Assembly: GCF_009914755.1 (NCBI RefSeq)
Contig: NC_060930.1
Direction: 5' to 3' (one strand)
Length of the DNA: 64,000 nucleotides
From: the human T2T-CHM13v2.0 reference genome, Homo sapiens
The position numbers were made by a program, and so were the translations under genes. This document shows, in pieces, positions 39,658 to 54,784 of the stretch. Each line of letters begins with the position of its first letter. Positions within the stretch are counted from its first letter, which is position 1. Below the pieces are notes generated by a model. The model was not told where the DNA came from. It searched no databases and worked only from the letters and a program-made list of their open reading frames with translations.

Positions 39658-41031
39658 CAGCAGGTCCTGGAGTAGCGTTGTTTTGTTCAATGCCATTTCA
39701 TTACAAGGTCAATCAGAGAAAAAAATTGATTCCCAGCTGGGACCACTGTCTGTGTGAAGTTTGCACATTCTCCCCATGTCTGCATGGGTTTTTTCCAGGT
39801 ACTTTGGATTCCCCCCACATCCTAAAAATGTGCACATTCGGTTCACTGGTGTGTCTACATTGTCCCAGAGTGAGTGAGTGTGAGTGTGTGTGAGTGCACC
39901 CTGTGATGGGATGGCATCCTGTCCAGGATGGGTTCCCGCCTTTTGCCCTGAGCTGCTAGGATGGGCTTCAGCCACCCAAGACCTTGAACTGGAATAATTG
40001 GGTAAATAATTATCTTACTTGTTTTTATTAATGTTTCTTAAATGTATGTATAGCTCATATTAATTTCATTGTTTAATATTAGAAGTGTTTTGGGCATTTT
40101 TTAAAAGAAGTTTGGTGACTTTTTGTGACCAGAAATATGCCATAGGAACTTAACTCTTGTTTTTATGAATTAGCCTATGGTAAAATTGAAACTGCCTTTG
40201 TAAAGAATATGACAGCAAGAGAAATTTGTGATGGCTGACTCCATCTTGCTTCTAGCCTCACAGGCTGGCTGGACTCACTTATTCCTAGGTGTAGGCCCAG
40301 CTAACCATGGGAGGAATTTAGCTAAAGTCTAACTTTGAAGCAAGAATCATAATAGCTACTCCCTAAAACTGACGCTTCCTTGTTCAGGGACTGAAACTAC
40401 CTTTTGTAAGACTAATGAAAGGCCACAAGATTAGGATTGTGAGAGGGGCCTGAATTCTGTAAAGAGGTGAGCATAGCTTGCCTTTCTATAATCATTTACT
40501 GCACTGTAGTAAATGTATCATCACAAGGTGATCACAAGATTTGTGACTTCCCCAGTTGTTCCCATAGATAACATCACTATTGTAGAACCTAAGGTTGGTC
40601 TTTTGAGATGTTTTTCAGACCTTTGTATTCTGGTGACCAATTGACTCCACCAGGACCCATGACTTATGACTCAGCCAGGCCTATGGCCCCCACCCAGAGG
40701 CTGTCCCAGCACATAAGGATTGTTTACCACAACCCTGTGAGTTCATCCCCAATCAATCAGCAGCACCCATTCCCTGGTCCCCTGCCTGCTAACTTACCAT
40801 AAAAACCCTAGCCTCTGAGTTCCTGGGGAGGCTGATTTGAGTAATAAACTCCTGTCCTCTCACTTGGCTAGCTCTACATTAATTAAACTCTTTCTCTACC
40901 ACAAGACTGCTGTCTTGGTGAATTAGTTTTGTCTGTGCAGCAGGCAAGAAGACCCCATCAGATGATTACAAATTTGATTCATTATACATTGTTTCCAAGA
41001 ATCTATCAATAATGTATGTGAGAACTTACTT
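39658..41031 (+). mobile_element. MER6/MER6A TcMar-Tigger element (interrupted by LTR8)
   Basis: CAGCAGGTCCT start; GTTTGCACATTCTCCCCATGTCTGCATGGG core; resumes after 40970 and ends TTTCCAAGAATCTATC..AACTTACT. Confidence 0.85.
40187..40970 (+). mobile_element. LTR8/LTR8A ERV1 solo LTR nested in MER6
   Basis: TGAAACTGCCTTTG..GGCTGACTCCATCTTGCTTCTAGCCTC start; GATGATTACA end; AATAAA 40843-40848, ATTAAA 40882-40887. Confidence 0.85.
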
Positions 41032-41137
41032 TATTTACGTCCATATTTCTCAGTAACATGCTTATGTTGCCAGTCTTGGTTTTTGATGTTTGAGTTGATT
41101 GGTTTCCCATGAAAAAAGATGAAAATTTAGGTTTCTT

Positions 41138-41450
<313 letters not shown>

Positions 41451-42656
41451 TCATTCCCTAAAATCACGCCATCATACATACAGGCTTCCCATCCCTCCAT
41501 TCTCTCAATTAGTTACACTGATACTTTGGTTGGATCATTATTTCATTTTTATATGGTTATGACAATCTAAATGTTATTTATATAATCAAACCATGATTAC
41601 TTTTCCTTTCCTGCACTACTTTTGTTTTTCATTAATAGTTGTCTTTTTTTTTTTTTGCTTATGTTTTTATATTGTTATCAACAATTCAATCCTCAAACTC
41701 TCCTCTAGCTGTAAATTGATAGAAACCACATTAGGTTTTCTGTTTCACCTTCTGGTCAAAGTCTCTCTGGATCTTTCTGAACTCCTCTAGTTTGCCTGTT
41801 TTTAATAATTGTAGTTTGGGAACTTCCTTCACTATCACCTGAGAATTCCTATCATCTCTTTCTTGTGTTGAATCCTTGGTCTCCTGAATCACATGTCTTC
41901 CTTTTCTCAATATGTACTCCCTTGTTTAGGTGGAAAACATCCTCTAATAACTTCCTGGGAAACAATGCCTGGGAGATAATTGCTTGTAATTTGCAAGTCT
42001 GGAAACATCTTTATTCTATTTTTAGACTTTAAAAAAATGATAATTTGTTTGGATATGGAAGACTACAGTGGAAAAAATTGTTTTAGTTTTCTTTCCTTCA
42101 ATTTTTTTTTTTTTTTTTTTTTGCTTAGATAATTCTCTTTTCTTTTCAAAATTTTGGTGATGCTTAGATATTCACTCATATTAAAGAGAAAAAAAACTGG
42201 CTGGAAGCTCTGAGCACATGGGCAGGCTTGTTATGCAGCGATTACCCCATAAAGTGATCTGGTTGAGCCATTTATTTGGGAAACCTATGATGTCAGACTT
42301 CTTAGGTTTGGTGTTGGCTTAGTTATATTCCCCAGAGAGTAATCTTCTAATTTCCCTGGATTATATAAACCTAGCTGCTGGCATTCTGGAAGTTGAATGG
42401 AACATGAAAGCTTAGGGGCTCCACATTTTCTGTGTAAACTTTCCCTCTCTTTGTTTTTCAGATGGCACCTCTACCCTCTACTGAACGTGGCATTCCCCAG
42501 TCTAGAGATACTTTTATTTTCTCCAGAGAGCAAATATCCATTCTGTCACTGGGATGAGACGGACAGTAACCATGTAGTGCAGATTAGGGGAAGGGACCTA
42601 AGAGTTCAAACTGCTTTTTAAATAGATTTTTTTCTCCTAGTTTCTCTATTGTCAAC

Positions 42657-43013
42657 TGTCTTAGCCAGCTTGGGCTGTTATAACAATAACAAACTACCAT
42701 AGACTGGGTAGCTTAAACAACAAGTATATTTCTCACAATTCTGAAGCCTGGAAAGTCAAAGATCAAGATGCTGCCAGATTCAATGTCTGGGGAAGACCTG
42801 CTTCCTAGTTTACAGATGACCATCACATTGTGGAGAAACGAGAGAGGAAGCAAGCTCTGTTTTGTCTCTTCTTATAATAGCATTGATCCCATCATGAGTG
42901 CGCCACTGTCATTACCCAATTACCTCCCAAAGGCTCCACCTCCCAGTACCATCACATTGGATATAAGAGTTTGAACACTTGAATTTTGGGGGAGACACAT
43001 TCAGTCCACAGCA
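42657..43013 (-). mobile_element. MLT1A-type MaLR LTR
   Basis: TGTCTTAG..CCATAGACTGGGTAGCTTAAACAAC..ACATTCAGTCCACAGCA. Confidence 0.85.
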
Positions 43014-43401
43014 TGAACCTCATACTCATACCATTGGTTCCTGAGTCTTTTGGATATATATTCCTTGATGCAAATTGAGTTTTTTCTTTGAATTGCCCAT
43101 TGCCAGGTTGGAATTTGCCTTTCTTGTCTCCTGCTGAGTCAGTTATTATGCATCCAACTGTTCTGTTCTCTATCTTCAATAAGTTTTATGTTTTTAATTT
43201 CTTCTCTTGTTCTCTTTGATCTTGGGGGTTTATTGTTGTTTTTTCATCTCTTTACTATAGTTTCAGTGAGGTTATTTCCTCAAGAGAAAGATGAAAAAAA
43301 TATTTTAAATTAATGTTTCCTTAAATCAGGGTGTGAGTTGCATTCAGTGCAAACATTTGAATGGATATGTGTTCAATCTGCCACTTTTAACTTTTGGTAA
43401 G

Positions 43402-44063
<662 letters not shown>

Positions 44064-45848
44064 GAAAGTTTCATTTTTATGCCCCTTTTACTAATTAGGA
44101 AATTGAGATGTGGAGAAATGTAGTAACTTCATGAAGGTCACATAAGCACTATTGGAGCCAGAATATAAACCTCTTCCTCCAACAGTCTTCTTCCAGAACC
44201 CACTCTTCTTACCTGTATACTATGCTGCATCTCCATGTAGTACAGGTTTCTCATTTTACAAAACTGTAGCTTGGAGGTCTCCATATCTTTGAGTGTGTTG
44301 TGCTTCTCATTTGGAAAGCTTTCTCCTTTCTCTCCATCCTTTAGTGCTCCCCTACTTGGTCTTTACTCAGTATTCTAACCCACATGCCTCTCCTTTGGTA
44401 GGATAAAGTGGTGCAGCAGAATGTAAGAGCTGGGTTTGAGTCTCAGCTTCAGCAGCTACCAGTTTTACCTTAAGCATTTCAGCTTGCTGAGCCTCTCCTT
44501 TTTCTTCTGGGAAAAAAGCTCATTTAATTCTTATAATGTTCGATTGTTGTAAGAATTAAGTGTATTAGCACATGTACATACATACGCCTAGCCCATATGT
44601 AGGCACTTGAACAACAGTGTTTCCCCAGTTCTAATGTTTCTTGCAGATGTAAGAAGCACATCAGGTTTTTCAAGGCAAAAAAATAGTAGCACATTAAGGT
44701 ATATAGTGATTTAAAATACACCTCCAATTTTAGACATTATAAATGAGGAAAATTTGTACCTCTCTCAATAGAAGAAAATGCAGAATGTCTTATACTGTTA
44801 GGGTAACTGCAAATGTGGATGTTATGCCTTTGATTATAAGCTTTTTGATTTATGCCAAAGATTATAAGCTCTTTGAAGACACAGACTATTTTTAATCTTT
44901 TTATGTCACTCCTGATATCTAGTTCAATGATTAATGGAAATGTATTAAGCGCTTAGCACATATTTGATGAATGAACAGTCTATATATTAAAATTCAAAAG
45001 TAAGAGCATTTCTCTATTTGAAAATGGAGTCTGGATTACATCTAGATCATAAATTTGGGAACTCTAAATCTCATATTTTCTATTTGCTAAAAGGCAAAAA
45101 TTAATCACTGGAGAATGGTCATTTGCTATTGGATTAAGAACTTTTTATTACAGGACTTTCTAATTAAAATAATTACATATATGTAGAATGTTCATTTTGT
45201 CATATTATAAAGTAATATGTTATTTATCATACAAATAATTTCTGTACTAGCAAAACACTCAAGATCTACATTGTGTCATCTATAAAGATGAAGATGAATA
45301 ATTTATTTTAATTTTAACTGGTGTGAAAGCTTTAAGAAATTCCTTAATAAAAAAATTTTCATAGCAATATTTTTAAAAAGCACCTCAGGATGTTATAATT
45401 GCAGGTTAGGTTATTTTGACAAGACTGTGTAACTGATCCATGCATTTTATGTTTCTATTCATAGAGGAGTGATGGAGCTAAAAATTAAATTAAAATAAGA
45501 GCTGAAAAGGCATGTGCTAATGTGACTGGAAGAACTTACACATTATATTTTAATTTGGTTCCCAAGGTCTCCAGCTGTATTCATGAGGGTGACTAGATAC
45601 CTTATCCTTATTCTTATATAAAGAAACTTTTATTATTTAATGTAACATTATTTTAGGGAATGAATTTCGTAATACAAACTAAAACATCATGATTCAATAT
45701 ATGCAAATAATCTGTCATGCTCCTCATTTTTAAAACAGAATACATTGTACTTTTACTTTATCTGCTTTGGAGGATTTTGTAAGAATAATGGTAGTCCATG
45801 AGGATTTAAAACAGTGAGCAAGATAGATGTGGATCCTGCCCATATAGA

Positions 45849-45969
45849 CAGGATGACCAGATAATTTATCATCCAAACTGGGAAACAAAAGAGAACAAAT
45901 GGGATGTGATTAGTAAATTGCACTGGGACAATATGCAAAACATAACCATTCCAGAATGAATGATCACCT
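45849..45969 (+). mobile_element. MER94 hAT element (inside a minus-strand L2, ~45790-46420)
   Basis: CAGGATGACCAGATAATTTATCATCCAAACTGGGA ... TGATCACC. Confidence 0.7.
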
Positions 45970-47121
45970 CACTTAAAGAACTTATTGTCTAGGGAAGGGT
46001 TACAGGTAGAAATGAAACTAGGGCAGTAGACCCCCCACCCCAACAAGTAATTATATAGAGTGCTGATTATGCTGTGAGTGGGGATCTATAGGTGCTATTG
46101 GATCATATAGGAGAGTAATTAACTGTGACCTGGGAGGATCAGGGAGGGCTTCCCAGAGGAGGTGACATCTGAAACCTGCAGGATGAATAGGGGTTAACCA
46201 GGCAAAAAGGAGGGGTAGAAAGTTCTAAACAGTGAAGATGGCAGTTACTGGTACCCTGAGGGGAGAGAACAATTGAGTGTTGATGAGTATGTCTGTATGA
46301 CTGTAACCAGAAGAAGAAGGATCAAGTGGTAAAACACAAGGCTGGTAGTGTTGGAAGGGGTACTAATTTAAGAAGTTTGACTTTATCTCAACAGCTTTAA
46401 GTAGGGCAGTGAGACGATCAAGTGGGCCAAGAGCTATTGCCTGTATTCATTTGATCATCATGTATCCAGTTATCTTGGCTAGAACTGGATCTTCACATCT
46501 CTCAGCACGTGGAGCTAGGCAATGTTTCCCCACCCATTGGAAAGAATTCAGAAAGGGTCATATCTGACAGACTAGTGGGTTACCCATGGAAGGTAGCTGG
46601 GTAGAAGGAGTGCCAAGGAAAAAAAAATCACCCTAAGTTATGCAGAAGGCATGCAGGTGCACACACAGCTTGGCCTCAGGGATGGAGTGTTGGGAGGTGA
46701 TGGTGCTTCAAGCATATGGCTGTGCGTCTACACTTTGGACCCTCATCCCTCTCTGCTTGGACCCCCACAGTACTTATGAAAGCTGGAAGGGAGTGTTCTG
46801 GTAAAACAAGCAAATTATATGCCTGGGTGTTGAAAGCAACTTCCCAGAGAAAATTTCCTCCAAGAGTGGTGGGGTTTAGCACCTAGAGAAAGATGAGCGC
46901 TGATTGGAAAATTGAAAGCTGGGGGCCAGATGCTCCAAGAGGACAGTAGTGGAGAGGCCACTGTCTCAGGCCCCAGGAGGCCTCCAACGTCATGGATTCC
47001 TCAGCATGCCTGTGGTCCAGCTTTGTCTGAGCAGAGCACAGACCATCCCAGACCTGGAGGTAGTGTGGTCTGCAGGCCCGGGACAGCTTCTGAGCCACAG
47101 TAGCATGGAAGAGACTGGCAA

Positions 47122-47483
47122 AGGGCTGCCATAACAAAGTACCACAGACTGGGTGACTTGAACAACACAAATTTATTTTCTCACAATTCTGGAGGCTACA
47201 AGTCTGAGATCAAGGTGTTAACAGGGTTGGTTTCTTCTGAGGCCTCTCTCTTTGGCTTACAGTTGCTGCCTTCTCCCTGTGTCCTCACGCGGTCTTTCAT
47301 TTGTATTTGCATGTGTTTTAATCTCTTCTTAGAAGGATGCCAATCATTTTGAATTAGAGCCCACCCAGTAACCTTTTAACTTTGATTACCTCTTTAAAGC
47401 CCAAATCTCCAACACAGTCACATACTGAGGTATTGGAAGCTTCAAGACATGAATTGTGGGGGGACACAATTCAGCTCACATCA
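47122..47483 (-). mobile_element. MLT1A0/MLT1B MaLR LTR
   Basis: GGGCTGCCATAACAAAGTACCACAGACTGGGTG..TCTGGAGGCTACAAGTCTGAGATCAAGGTG..GGGGACACAATTCAG. Confidence 0.88.
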
Positions 47484-48059
47484 GGGCCTCCTTGGGAGAC
47501 ACTAGCATGCGGTGGTTGCAGGTTCTGATCCTTGGCCTTTGGTTTCTATGGATCAGGAAGGCCTAGGAGCATTTGAATCATCTTCAGAACAATGCCAAGT
47601 GTCTTATGGTCCTATTTTTCACTTCCAGTGACAGAGGTATTACCTTACATAGTCTGTGTGCATCTTAGATTATTGGAAACTTCCTTTGTACTGTTGGTCT
47701 TTGGTCTCTTTAGCACTTCAGGGTATGACTGTGTCCTAGAATAGTTCCCTTTTTTACTGTTAGGTGTGGTTAAGGGTATGGGCTCTGTTGGATTTGAAGC
47801 CTGATTTCACTATTTATTACTTGTGTGTCTTTCAGTAAATTCCTTGACCTCATTATGCCTTATTATCCAGATCCATACAGAATAGGGGTAGTAAATAAGC
47901 TAGGGAGAAGTTAGCACTGTGCTGCACACTTATTACATGTTTAATTAAGGTTTTATCATCTTCATCATTATCATCATTGTCATCACCATCGTTTCCTTTT
48001 AACACGACACTGAGAAAGGCCTGCACTGCCACTCACATGATGACCTGTGCAGGAAGAGG

Positions 48060-48295
48060 AGGACTAGCATTTTCCCTATTCTTACTGAACAATTCTCGTT
48101 TACCGTACTTTTCCTGGTCATCTTCCCATAACTTGTCTTTCCCATCTAGAAGCCCAAAACCCCTTTACCTTTGATTATCCTAAGATCGTATGTAAGGCCA
48201 AGTTCTAACCACTCCTTTGAGTTACTCATAACTAGGGGCTCCCACATGTATTTATGTTGAACATGTTAATAAACTTCTGTTTGTTTTTCTCTTTA
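48060..48295 (+). mobile_element. MER34/39-like LTR 3' fragment
   Basis: CTAACCACTCCTTTGAGTTACTCAT..GTTAATAAACTTCTGTTTGTTTTTCTCTT. Confidence 0.55.
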
Positions 48296-48372
48296 AAAAT
48301 TATAAGGTATTATTGGAGTATTACACTAAAACATTATCAAACAAATATGTGATAATAGCATGAATAAACCAG

Positions 48373-49111
48373 TGTTGGCAAAAAGAGTCAAATTCTGTAA
48401 AATATTTTGAAGGGATTTATTCTGAGCCAAATATGAGTGAGGGCCCCTGACACAGCCCTCAGGAGATCCTGAGAACATGTGCCCAAGGTGTTCAGGATAC
48501 AGTTTGGTTTTATACATTTTAGGGAGACATAAGGCATCAGTCAATCATGTAAGATGTACATTGGTTTGGTCCAGAAGGGTATGACAGCTGGAAGCGGGGG
48601 CTTCTGGGTCATAGGTAGATTCAAAGATTTTCTGATTGGCATTTGGTTGAAAGAGTTTAATTATTGTCTAAAGACCTAGAATCAACAGAAAGGAATGTCT
48701 GGGTTAAGGTAAGGGGTTGTGGAGACCAATGTTCTCATTATACAGAAGTAATCCCCAGGTAGAGGCTTCGGAAAGAATAGATTGTAAGTCAGTTGTCTCC
48801 TGGATCAGGAAAAAAATGAAGGACAAGGAAGGGGATTCTCTTCAGAATGTAGATTTTCCCCACAAGAGTGAGCTTTGGAGGACTATTTCAAGACATAGCA
48901 AAGAAGACATATTTGGGGTTAAAATATTTTGATTTCCTTCTTTATCTGCCATGTGATATTATGCCAGAGTCAGGTTGGAAAGTCAGCCACATTATATAGG
49001 GTTAAATAAAACCCCTTGGATGAGATTTTTTGGTTTGTAGGGCATGACTCCCCAGACCCCTTAGATAGGAATTTGGGCAGTAGAAGAAAAAGGTCAGAGT
49101 TGAGTTCTTCA
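48373..49111 (-). mobile_element. MER4 (D/E-like) ERV1 solo LTR
   Basis: TGTTGGCAAAAAGAGTCAAATTCTGTAAAATATTT..CTGAGAACATGTGCCCAAGG; 4-bp TSD CCAG (48369-48372, 49112-49115). Confidence 0.9.
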
Positions 49112-49280
49112 CCAGTCTCTTATATGTTGGTAGGATTGGTATGCATCCACATAATTAAGGTAGCTTAATTTTTGGTATCTTATGTTTATTGATTATATTA
49201 AACTAACTTACCTTGTCTGGTCCTTCTTTCTTTGTATGTCATCAAGACCTATAGGACACTTACTTTTTTCCTACCCCTTT

Positions 49281-49914
49281 TGTTACTGGCTGGGCTCGTT
49301 CTGCCTGTATGCAGCAAGCTAATCACTGTGGTGACAGTTTTTGCAAAAAAGAAAAGACTTTATTCACAAGGCTGCAATGTGCAGGGCCAGGGAAATAAAT
49401 CTCAGATCTACCTCTCTGAAAATAGGGCTTGGAGGTATGTATGTGATAGAAAGTGGGGTGGTCTAAAGTATAGGGAAAGATGATTGGTGAGTCGGAAAGG
49501 TGAGGTAATTAGGGCTTCTGCACAAGGGTAATTGAGCTGTATGGTTCTTCATAGGATATATGTGCAGAAAATGGTGGCACTAGCATAATGTGATAATGGA
49601 GTTTTTGGCTCTCTGATATCAAAAAGGTCCCTCTTCAGGCAGCTGTTGCAGGCCCAACCTGTGCAACCAACTTGTGAAGTTGAAGGTCTCAACTGGCTTG
49701 AACTAGACAAAAGCTGCCCCCTAGTTTCTGAAAAATAACTATAAGCACCGTTACTACCGTGACCCATAGTCAGAGACGTTACCCATAAGGTAACTAGTGG
49801 GAGTTTAGTTATGTATTTTTCGGTCATATAACTTGCCAGTGGCAGTTTTAAGATCAACTAGAAGTAAGTAATTAAAAGCTAGCCAGCTAGTTTGGAAGGC
49901 TTAATCATGTTTCA
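49281..49914 (-). mobile_element. ERV1 solo LTR (LTR26/LTR8-like; subfamily uncertain)
   Basis: TGTTAC...GTTTCA termini; TTTATT poly(A) signal on the - strand; near-TSD CTTT/CTTG. Confidence 0.7.
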
Positions 49915-50817
49915 CTTGCTCACTATTATGGTTTAATAAGATATTTATTTTGTCTGTGTAAATATATTTTCAGGTTTGACTTCAAAAAAACCCAAGTGAG
50001 ACTCTAGCAACTTTGAAACATTTTAATAAAAATAAAGACTATTAAGAGGTTAGACCCCATCAATCCTATGTACCAGATTATATTTGAAAAGAGACTTACC
50101 AGAAATGGAGAACGTTCCACTAATGAATATTTCCTAAGGGTGAGGATGGTAAATAATTTCAATTATGTGAAAAAATTGCTGTATTTTAAGAAATTTTTGC
50201 TGTGTTTCTGGGGGTTAATGCCCAGCTTCCTCTGGAGAGCTTGGAGACGGGGGTCTGAGTCTTCACCAGCTGTAAAGTTGTCTTGAGAACAGTCCTTGAA
50301 GGATTGCTGCTATACACATTCTTGGTATTAAAAACACTAGTATTTGGCATATGAACTACATTAGCAAAAAGTGAAACAAAAGAAAAAATTCACAGAGATA
50401 CCTGTCACTGGAGCAAATCACTACATGATTCATATTTGTATTCTATAATAAAAGAAGACACACAATGATGTTTACTGAGACCCTGTGATGTGTCAGCCTT
50501 TGCACTAGGTACACTACATACACTATACAGCCCCCTGTGATAAGGTGATATTATCTGTATTTTTAGAAAATGAAGAAACTGAGTCTTGGGAAAGGTAAGA
50601 AACTACCCTAGCCTAGCTGCATATTGATATGTGCAAACAGCTTCATTTTGTAAAATGTGTGTTTTATTTTTGTTTGCAAGCTGGATTTATTTGGTTGTAT
50701 TTTTCATCACAAAGACTGAAATTTGTGGTACTAGTCTTTTGGGGGTCATTACTCACTTTGAGAAGTTACTACAGTAGCTGAACTTTTACACTGTTAAATG
50801 AAAACCACTATGCCTGT

Positions 50818-51382
50818 TGTAGGGGAGGGGGAAAAATCTTTTTTCCTCTATCTTAGATTTTTCAGCAGGGCCTCCATATGTTAGACCACCAAAGACAGAT
50901 TAGCAAGAGAAAAACAAACAGAAATTTATTTCCATGTTCATCACAGATACATGTGGGGGCACCCAGTGATGACTAACCCAAAGGAGTGGTTAGAACTTGG
51001 CCTTATATACGATCCTAGGATTATCAAAGGAAAAGGGGTTTGGGGCTTCTGGATGGGAAAGACAAGTTACAGAAAGATGACTGGGAAAAGTACTGTAAAC
51101 AAGAATTGTTGAGTAAGGTTTGTTGTGCAGATTGAAGTCAGTACCTTCTCCATTGATAAGAGTTAGGAGTCCTCCTCTTCCTGTTCCAGGAGAGGAAGAG
51201 AACTTCATTTACAAAAAGAAATTATGAAAATGTTCTTTATAAATGTAAATTTTCTTTACAAAAGGAAAACGGTACCCTGTGTTTAGAGCTACTCCTGCAT
51301 CTGCTGGTTCTCAATGGCTTTTAGGTCAAAATGATCCCTGTGCTGAGGAGGCATATTTTGGGGTGGCTATTCTGGTACCCTC
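50818..51382 (-). mobile_element. MER34-group ERV1 solo LTR
   Basis: TGTAGGGGAG..CAAAGACAGATTAGCAAGAGAAAAACAAACAGAAATTTATT..GCATATTTTGGGGTGGC. Confidence 0.8.
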
Positions 51383-52160
51383 CCTGCCTTGCTTTTTTAT
51401 AGTAGTTATGCAATAGAGGCAAATCCCTTCCTCCTTCCCGGGTTCATTAAGCTGAACTGAGAGGCTGATGGATACTTAAAATTTTAACATGTTTTATTAA
51501 CTATTTTTATACATTCCTTGTCTTTAAATGTTCAGTAAAATCAATAAATTCTCTGTTCACCAAAATAATATTGCCATTATTCAGTGGTTGACCACAAAGC
51601 TCCTGAGGTCATGCCCAAGGACAGGGCCTACTTGAAAAAGAGCTCAGAGGAGCCTGACTAGGGTTTGGTCTGGAAGAGAATCTTTGTCATGCCAATGGCT
51701 CAGAAGATTGTAGATGATCACAGTTGAAAGAGATCTCAAAGGTGATCACTCTTAAGTGACAGAAAAAGAGCCACCTCATTTGCTTCCAGCCCCACATAGC
51801 ACTCCCCTGGGGTTTGTGATAAATGCAGTTCTATCTCTTGAGAGTGTGTGAGCAGCCCTAAATGCTGGCTACCTGGAGAGCAACTCTGGCCTTTTTTCAT
51901 ATTGCTCTGCTTCCTAATGCTCCACTCAGCTGGCTCAGCTCTGATTATTTCTGGATTCTGAGGAGGGGAACTGCAGGAGACTGGCCTGGATTTCCCTGGG
52001 CTGTAGGGGAAAACAGCCTTGGGTTAATCCATGTGCGAGGCATGGGAAAAAGTGCAAGGAGGTGGGAAGAGGGAGAAGAAGTGTCTGCCTGGAGCTTACA
52101 AGTAGCCATGTTGTTCACTCTATTTATGGTGAGAGAAACTTTTTATAAAAACAAATATAT

Positions 52161-52509
<349 letters not shown>

Positions 52510-52651
52510 TTAATCAAGTATATAAATATATGGAGGATATAGGGAATAATAAATAGTAAATAATATGTAGTAAAAATAGTAAATATAACAAACCTTTTCC
52601 AGTGGTGATTAATCCTTAACTCATTTTAACTCACCTTTTGAAAAAAATAAT

Positions 52652-53065
52652 TTCAACTTTTATTTTGGATTTAGCATGTACATGTGTAAGTTTGTTACAT
52701 GGGTATATTGCATGATGCTGAGGTTTGGGATACGGATGATCCCATCACCCAGGTAACGAGCAATGGAGTTTTTTAGCCCATGCCCCCAGTCCCCTTCTAG
52801 TTGTCCCCAATGTTTGTGTTTCCTATCTTTATGCCTAGGGATACTCAATGCTTAACTCACTTAGAAGTGAGAAGAACATGTGTTATTTGTTTTTCTGTTC
52901 CTGCATTAATTCGTTTTGCATAATGGCCTGCAGTTGCATCCATATTGCTGCAAAGGACAAGATTTTCTTCTTTTTTACAGCTATTAATACATAGTATTCC
53001 ATGGTATATATGAACCATATTTTTTAAATTCAGTCTACCACTGGTGGGCACCTAGTTAATTCACG
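52652..53065 (-). mobile_element. 5'-truncated L1 3' end (old L1PA-like)
   Basis: TTTGTTACATGGGTATATTGCATGATGCTGAGGTTTGGG..CCCATCACCCAGGTA..TAGTATTCCATGGTATATATG. Confidence 0.88.
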
Positions 53066-54784
53066 TTTAAAATGGTGTCCATTCCCCTAAGCTTTGTAGT
53101 ATATAGCGGATTATGATTCAACAATTTTAGAAAACACCTGATTTAGTGAGTTGGTCTCCAAACGATAAATGTCTGTAAAAGAGAATTTCATCTATCTTAT
53201 TATTTTTAATGATCATGTTTGAAATGAAGCATATCAAGTTAGACTTATTAGTTAGATGCCATTTAATTTGAGATTATTTTAACTTTAGGATTTTTGCTCT
53301 CCATTCAGTTGTTGGGAGTGTTTTAAAAACACTGGACTTTCAGAAAGATTAAGGTGTTACAACTCCCTATAGTAATCAATATTCTTTGCAGTTTTAAAGC
53401 TCAAGTGTCCATGCCTGTTGGAGTTTGTGTTAGGCTACAAAAGATGAGTTTATAACCTAGATTCTGAAAGGACACTGTAGCAACATTAGGTTGCTAAGCA
53501 AGTCCCTTGGCTACTTAAACAACGTGCCTTGAATTATTCTGACTGCCCGTGCTGCTCAGTCATAATGGAGCAATTAAAAAATGACACTCACTTTTAGGTT
53601 TGTCCAGACTTAAGTTAGAAATAAATGGAAGTAGAGACATACTATTTTTAATAATTAAAAAAAGAAAATAAGAAATAAAAATATAGTTGTGTGAAAAATG
53701 TTCAAAGCAACTCAACAACCTAATGTTCAATAAAATGGAATACTTAACCAACTATGATATACTATATGAAGTATGCAGTCATACCAATTGAGGGTTTGTA
53801 CACAATATAACAAATATTATATTTCACTCAGATTGTAAATCATAGCTCTCTCTTTTATACAAATCATCAGAAATAGGCACAGCTTAACATATTCCTTTCA
53901 TAAGCACTTTCCTCCTGTTATTGCTTTCCAAAATAAAATTGAGACAGAAGGAAGCCTATTTAGCTTATCCAGATTATAATTAATTTAGCCACTTGGGTGT
54001 ATTAGAAAATGGGAGCTAGACCCTCTACTGAGGGTTGTAAAGTGTAGTCATGGACCAGGACCCAGACTATTCAAATAATTTATTTTTCTAGTCAGAGTTA
54101 CTCCAGTGATTAAAAACAAAGACACGGGATGGGGGCAGGGACTAAATGAATAAATGTGCTTGAATAGCCAAGGAGCAATTTCAAGCCTGACAACTGCATC
54201 CTGTTATATATTTCAATCATGCAATATTGAAGCCCCTATAAGAATCCATTTTTCATTTCCTACTGATTTTTATTCTCTCTCTATGTTATTTTTTCCACCT
54301 ACTTTTCAGAAATCTGCTCTTGAATGGAAAATTATATTTCTGTAGACACTTAGCCATGAGGTACTTGATTTTAATTTAATTCCACTAATCATATTTGGAA
54401 GGAAAATAAAATCTCTATAAATGACAAGTCAACTAGTATTTGTGGTTTAGATCATTGTGTCTTTATTTTATCCAATCTTAATTTCTTTCCTTTGGCCATT
54501 CCATCTCTTGTTTTAATTTTTACTTCAACACTTAATTACTATTGTTGATTCTCAAACATATTTTACTTCCTAGTCCTTGAAGCTTCAATAATGTGAAAAC
54601 ACTTAAAAATATCCAGAACAATTACTTGTTTGTTAAAGGAGCATTGTGTCAGAACGTTTTATGTGGACAGTAAAGCTCTCCAAGCTGTCTCCCTGGAATT
54701 CAGAAACTTTAGCATCAGGAAGACCCAGAGTGTGCTTTTCTGCATTTAGCTCAATGCACCCTTTTCTCTTGTCTTTTTATTCAG

